From: an uncultured Bauldia sp.
GTDB taxonomy: Bacteria > Pseudomonadota > Alphaproteobacteria > Rhizobiales > Kaistiaceae
Assembly: GCA_964611195.1 (NCBI GenBank)
Contig: CAZSXA010000002.1
Span: forward strand, 1 to 40,913
DNA length: 40,913 nucleotides
Direction: 5' to 3'
The notes under the pieces were generated by a model that worked only from the letters and a program-made list of their open reading frames with translations, had not been told where the DNA came from and made no database searches. A program made the translations under genes and the position numbers. Below, one piece after another: positions 37,036 through 40,913 of the stretch; within the stretch, counting starts at the first letter, position 1, and each line of letters opens with the position of its first letter.

Positions 37036-38521
37036 TCTCGCGAAGGATCGTGTCGACCGCCCCGAACATCTCGTGGAGCCGCGCGTCCGAAACGGGGCTC
37101 TCGATCACCACCACCAGCTCAGGCTTGTTCGATGACGCGCGGACGAGCCCCCAGGTGCCGTCGTCGGTGACGACGCGAATGCCGTTGACGGTGATGAGAT
37201 CATCGATCGCATGGCCGCCGACTTTCTCGCCGGCGTCACGCATGGCGGTGAAGCGCTCTGTCACCTTTTCGACGACGTCATACTTCGCCGTGTCGTCGCA
37301 ATGCGCCGACATGGTCGGGCTGCCCCAGGTCTGCGGCAGCTCGTCATAGATCTGGGCCATCGTCTTGTCGGGGTTCCGCTCCAGCACGTCGCAGACGGCG
37401 AGCGCGGTCAGAATGCCGTCATCATAGCCGCGGCCGATCGGGCGGTTGAAGAAGAAGTGGCCGGACTTCTCGAAGCCGGCGAGCGCATCCAGTTCGTTGA
37501 CGCGCCGTTTCATGTAGGAGTGGCCGGTCTTCCAGTAGTCGGTCTCGGCGCCGTGATCCTTCAGCACCGGGTCGGTGAGGAAGAGGCCGCTCGACTTGAC
37601 GTCGGTGACGAACTTCGCGCCCGGATGCTTGGCCGACATGTCGCGGGCAAGGATCACGCCCATCTTGTCGGCGAAGATCTCGCGGCCGGTGTTGTCGACG
37701 ACGCCGCAGCGATCGCCATCGCCGTCGAAGCCGAAGCCGACATCGGCGCCGGATTCGCGCACGGTGTCGGCGAGGACGTGCAGCATCTTCATGTCCTCCG
37801 GGTTCGGATTGTAGCGCGGAAAGGAGTGGTCGAGTTCGGTGTCGAGCGGCACGACCTCGCAGCCGGCTGCGGCGAGCGCCTGAGGCGCGAACGCACCCGC
37901 GGTACCGTTCCCCGTCGCCACCACGACCTTCAGTGGCCGCGTCAGCTTCGGTCGGTCGGTCAGGTCGGCGATGTAGCGCGCGCCGAAGTTCTCGACGAAC
38001 TCGTAGCCGCCGCCATCGCGGAGCTGGAAGTCGCCGCCGAGCACGATGTCGCGAAGGCGGCCCATCTCGTCTGGCCCGAAGGTCAGCGGCCGGTCGGAGC
38101 CCATCTTCACACCGGTCCAGCCATTCTCATTGTGCGAGGCGGTGACCATTGCCACTGCCGGGCAGTCGAGCTCGAACTGCGCGAAATAGGCCATCGGCGA
38201 GAGCGCGAGCCCGATGTCGCGGACGCGGCAGCCGCTCGCCATCAGACCGGCGATCAGCGCCAGCTTGATGCCGGCGGAATAGGACCGGTAATCGTGGCCG
38301 ACGACGATGTCCGGCTTGACGCCCTGCTCGTGAATCACCGTGCCGATGCCGATGCCAAGCGCCTGGATGCCCATGAGGTTGATCTCGGGCGGCTTGTCGC
38401 TGCCGGGATGACCGAACCACCAGCGGGCGTCGTATTCGCGGAAGCCGGTCGGCTTCACCAGCGGCTCGGTTTCGAAGGCGAAGCTGTTGGGCTCGAGCTC
38501 GGGAACGGGCGTTGGAAACAT
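37001..38521 (-). CDS. phosphomannomutase/phosphoglucomutase (alpha-D-phosphohexomutase family)
   Basis: ATG at 38521 with GAGGAG 8 nt upstream (MFPTPVPELE). Catalytic Ser loop TASHNENGWTGVK. Metal loop GFDGDGDRCGVVD. Confidence 0.9.
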   Translation of the reverse strand: MFPTPVPELEPNSFAFETEPLVKPTGFREYDARWWFGHPGSDKPPEINLMGIQALGIGIGTVIHEQGVKPDIVVGHDYRSYSAGIKLALIAGLMASGCRVRDIGLALSPMAYFAQFELDCPAVAMVTASHNENGWTGVKMGSDRPLTFGPDEMGRLRDIVLGGDFQLRDGGGYEFVENFGARYIADLTDRPKLTRPLKVVVATGNGTAGAFAPQALAAAGCEVVPLDTELDHSFPRYNPNPEDMKMLHVLADTVRESGADVGFGFDGDGDRCGVVDNTGREIFADKMGVILARDMSAKHPGAKFVTDVKSSGLFLTDPVLKDHGAETDYWKTGHSYMKRRVNELDALAGFEKSGHFFFNRPIGRGYDDGILTALAVCDVLERNPDKTMAQIYDELPQTWGSPTMSAHCDDTAKYDVVEKVTERFTAMRDAGEKVGGHAIDDLITVNGIRVVTDDGTWGLVRASSNKPELVVVIESPVSDARLHEMFGAVDTILRENDGVGEYNQTI

Positions 38522-38602
38522 CGGGGCACTCCTCAAGACGCGCGGGATGATGGAGCCTGTCCGCCGCGCTCAGTCAAGCACCGGAACCACCGCGTTGCAG
38601 GC

Positions 38603-39565
38603 CTAGAGCCCCTCGAAGAGGACGGTCGACAGGTAGCGCTCGGCGAAAGACGGGATGATGATGACGATGGTCTTGCCCGCCATGCCGCCACGCCGCCCGA
38701 CCTCGATCGCAGCGGCAATCGCAGCGCCTGAGGAGATGCCGACAGGAATGCCTTCGAGCCGGGCGCAAAGCCGCGCCGTCCCGACTGCCTCTTCGTTGGT
38801 GACCTTGATCACCTCGTCATAGACGGACGTGTCGAGGATCGGCGGTACGAACCCGGCGCCGATACCCTGGATCTTGTGCGGGCCCGGATCGCCACCTGAC
38901 AGGACCGGGCTCGAGTCGGGTTCGACCGCGACGATGCGAAGGTCGGGCTTCCGCGGTTTCAGAACCTGGCCGACGCCGGTGATCGTGCCACCGGTCCCAA
39001 CGCCGGAGATCAGCACGTCGATCGCGCCGCCGGTGTCGTTCCAGATCTCCTCGGCCGTCGTCTGCCGGTGGATCTCGGGATTGGCCGGATGGGCAAACTG
39101 TTGCGGAATCACCGCGTCGCCGATCTCCGCCTTGAGCTCGTCGGCACGGGCGATCGCGCCCTTCATGCCCTTGGCGCCCTCGGTAAGTTCGAGTTCCGCG
39201 CCCAGCAGCGCCAACATCTTGCGGCGCTCGATCGACATCGTTTCCGGCATCACGAGGATGAGGCGGTAACCGCGCGCAGCGGCGACGAATGCGAGCGCGA
39301 TTCCAGTGTTCCCCGATGTCGGCTCGATCAAGGTCGAGCGGCCGGGCGCGATCGCGCCGTCGGCCTCAAGGGCGTCGATCATCGCAACGCCGATCCTGTC
39401 CTTTACGCTGGCAAGCGGATTGAAGAACTCGAGCTTGGCCAGGAGATTGGCCTCGACCTCATGGCGCTCGGCGATCCGCCGCAGCCGGACGATCGGGGTG
39501 TTGCCGATGGTCTCGGCGACGGAATCGTAGATCCGGCCCCGTCCTGCCTGTCGTGTATCCGCCAT
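38603..39565 (-). CDS. cysK: cysteine synthase A (O-acetylserine sulfhydrylase)
   Basis: GAGGAGG upstream. [12 protein letters not shown]-lysine [22 protein letters not shown]. Confidence 0.95.
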   Translation of the reverse strand: MADTRQAGRGRIYDSVAETIGNTPIVRLRRIAERHEVEANLLAKLEFFNPLASVKDRIGVAMIDALEADGAIAPGRSTLIEPTSGNTGIALAFVAAARGYRLILVMPETMSIERRKMLALLGAELELTEGAKGMKGAIARADELKAEIGDAVIPQQFAHPANPEIHRQTTAEEIWNDTGGAIDVLISGVGTGGTITGVGQVLKPRKPDLRIVAVEPDSSPVLSGGDPGPHKIQGIGAGFVPPILDTSVYDEVIKVTNEEAVGTARLCARLEGIPVGISSGAAIAAAIEVGRRGGMAGKTIVIIIPSFAERYLSTVLFEGL

Positions 39566-39579
39566 TGTCGCCTCCTCGC

Positions 39580-40047
39580 TCAGGCTCCGCGTCCGGTCGA
39601 CCCGAAACCGCCGTCGCTACGCTCCGTCGCTCGGAGCTCCTCCCGCGACACCTCGATCAATGCCGCCCGCACCACCGGCGCGATGACCAGCTGCGCGATA
39701 CGCATGCCGCGCTCGATCCGAACCGGGCGCTCGCCGTGATTGACGAGCAGCACCTTGACCTCGCCGCGATAGTCCCAGTCGATCGTGCCGGGCGCGTTCA
39801 GCACCGTCAAACCGAGATCGAGGGCCAGACCCGACCGCGGCCGAACCTGCCCCTCATAACCCTCCGGGATATCGAGCACGATCCCCGTGCCGACGAGCCC
39901 GCTGGCGCCCGGTGCGATTTCCTGCGCTTCGCCGCCGGGGACGGCCGCCAGCAGATCGAGCCCGGCGGCACCTTCGGAACGATAGGACGGCAAGGGCAGA
40001 TCCGTCGCGTGGTCGAGCCGTACGACGCGGACTTCGACGGCACTCAT
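39580..40047 (-). CDS. dut: dUTP diphosphatase
   Basis: [24 protein letters not shown] and C-terminal RGAGGFGSTG-like motifs ([10 protein letters not shown]). ATGA overlap with the coaBC stop. Confidence 0.95.
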   Translation of the reverse strand: MSAVEVRVVRLDHATDLPLPSYRSEGAAGLDLLAAVPGGEAQEIAPGASGLVGTGIVLDIPEGYEGQVRPRSGLALDLGLTVLNAPGTIDWDYRGEVKVLLVNHGERPVRIERGMRIAQLVIAPVVRAALIEVSREELRATERSDGGFGSTGRGA

Positions 40048-40913
40048 TCGGCTGCCTTGCGCGCGACCATCTGGTCGCCGATCCGCTGCACAATCCGTGC
40101 GGCAACTTCCGTCTTCGCCATCCGCGGCCAGGTCTCGGTGCCCTCCGCTGTCACCAGCGTCACCTCGTTGTCGGCGCCTCCCATTGCACCGCCCGATACC
40201 GAAACGTCGTTGGCGACGACCCAGTCGCAGCCCTTGGCCGCAAGCTTCGCGCGCGCGTTCTCAACAACATCGCCGGTCTCGGCGGCAAAGCCGACCACAA
40301 GGCCGGGCCGCGATGTCGGGTGTCGGGCCACTGACGCAAGGATGTCGGGGTTGGCGACGAGATCGAGCCGGGTGCTGCCGTCACCCGCCTTCTTCAGCTT
40401 GCCGGGACTGACCTCGGCTGACCGCCAGTCACCCACGGCGGCAGCCATGACGGCGACGTCGACAGGGAGCGCGCTCTCAACCGCGATCAGCATCTCGTCC
40501 GCCGTCTCGACGCGGACAAGATCAACGCCGCGCGGCGGCTCCAGCCCGACCGGACCGGAGACCAGCGTCACCTCGGCGCCGGCGGCGGCCGCCGCTTCGG
40601 CAATGGCGTAGCCCTGTCGGCCGGACGAGCGGTTGGTGATGTAGCGGATCGGATCGAGCGGCTCCTGCGTCGGCCCGGCCGTGACCAGGACGCGACGGCC
40701 CGCCAGCGGACCCGTGGCGCTCTCGCCGCCGAGCAGCCGCTCGGCCTCGGCGACGATCGCCAGCGGCTCGGACATCCGGCCGATACCGGTCTCGTCGGCC
40801 TCCGCCATCTCGCCGTGCTCGGGTCCGATGAAATGGACGCCATCGGCGGCCAGCTGCTCGCGGTTTCGTTGTGTCGCCGGGTGAGACCACATTGCCGGGT
40901 TCATCGCCGGCGC
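40044..40913 (-). CDS. coaBC: bifunctional phosphopantothenoylcysteine decarboxylase/phosphopantothenate-cysteine ligase; 5' end beyond the right edge
   Basis: CoaB motifs [25 protein letters not shown] and ANDV. The reading frame stays open to the window edge through CoaC-like sequence ([13 protein letters not shown]). Confidence 0.9.
   Translation of the reverse strand, partial: APAMNPAMWSHPATQRNREQLAADGVHFIGPEHGEMAEADETGIGRMSEPLAIVAEAERLLGGESATGPLAGRRVLVTAGPTQEPLDPIRYITNRSSGRQGYAIAEAAAAAGAEVTLVSGPVGLEPPRGVDLVRVETADEMLIAVESALPVDVAVMAAAVGDWRSAEVSPGKLKKAGDGSTRLDLVANPDILASVARHPTSRPGLVVGFAAETGDVVENARAKLAAKGCDWVVANDVSVSGGAMGGADNEVTLVTAEGTETWPRMAKTEVAARIVQRIGDQMVARKAAE

Noticed and set aside
34895-37170. 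382-aa (-) and 582-aa (+) ORFs across the TadE-like, PhnD-like and phosphohexomutase genes
   Set aside because: Both are antisense or off-frame to genes with clear family motifs. Their composition is dominated by Arg, Pro, Gly and Ala. No RBS or motif support.

Overview
GC-rich window with a strong G/C third-codon-position bias. Gene content and order look like a chromosomal core segment of an alphaproteobacterium (Rhizobiales/Hyphomicrobiales-like). I support about 38 protein genes and one RNA gene. Left to right: a membrane-anchored di-haem cytochrome c (partial); pheA; SRP RNA (ffs); dnaX-ybaB-(small membrane protein)-recR-DUF924; rmuC; def-fmt; a tiny exported/anchored ORF; the pbpC/alpha-2-macroglobulin pair; a sulfur-assimilation operon cysG-DUF2849-cysI-cysH-DUF934; a Cys-rich secreted protein; an M17 aminopeptidase; a complete Tad/Cpa (Ctp-type) Flp pilus locus with divergent accessory genes; an orphan PhnD-like binding protein; a phosphomannomutase/phosphoglucomutase; cysK; dut; coaBC (partial). 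I saw no transposase, integrase, phage gene, CRISPR array, tRNA or rRNA. I do not see a convincing wholly new multi-gene system. The best leads are: (a) the sulfite-reductase operon, which has no CysJ and instead carries two conserved DUF genes; (b) a nested palindromic element inserted inside that operon; (c) the alpha-2-macroglobulin, which has an N-terminal PAN/Apple module in place of a lipobox; (d) three uncharacterised small exported or membrane proteins; (e) TTAAC-type (CtrA-like) motifs in the intergenic regions of the pilus locus. The many long ORFs antisense to real genes are shadow ORFs typical of high-GC DNA. All family assignments rest on motifs read by eye, with no database search.
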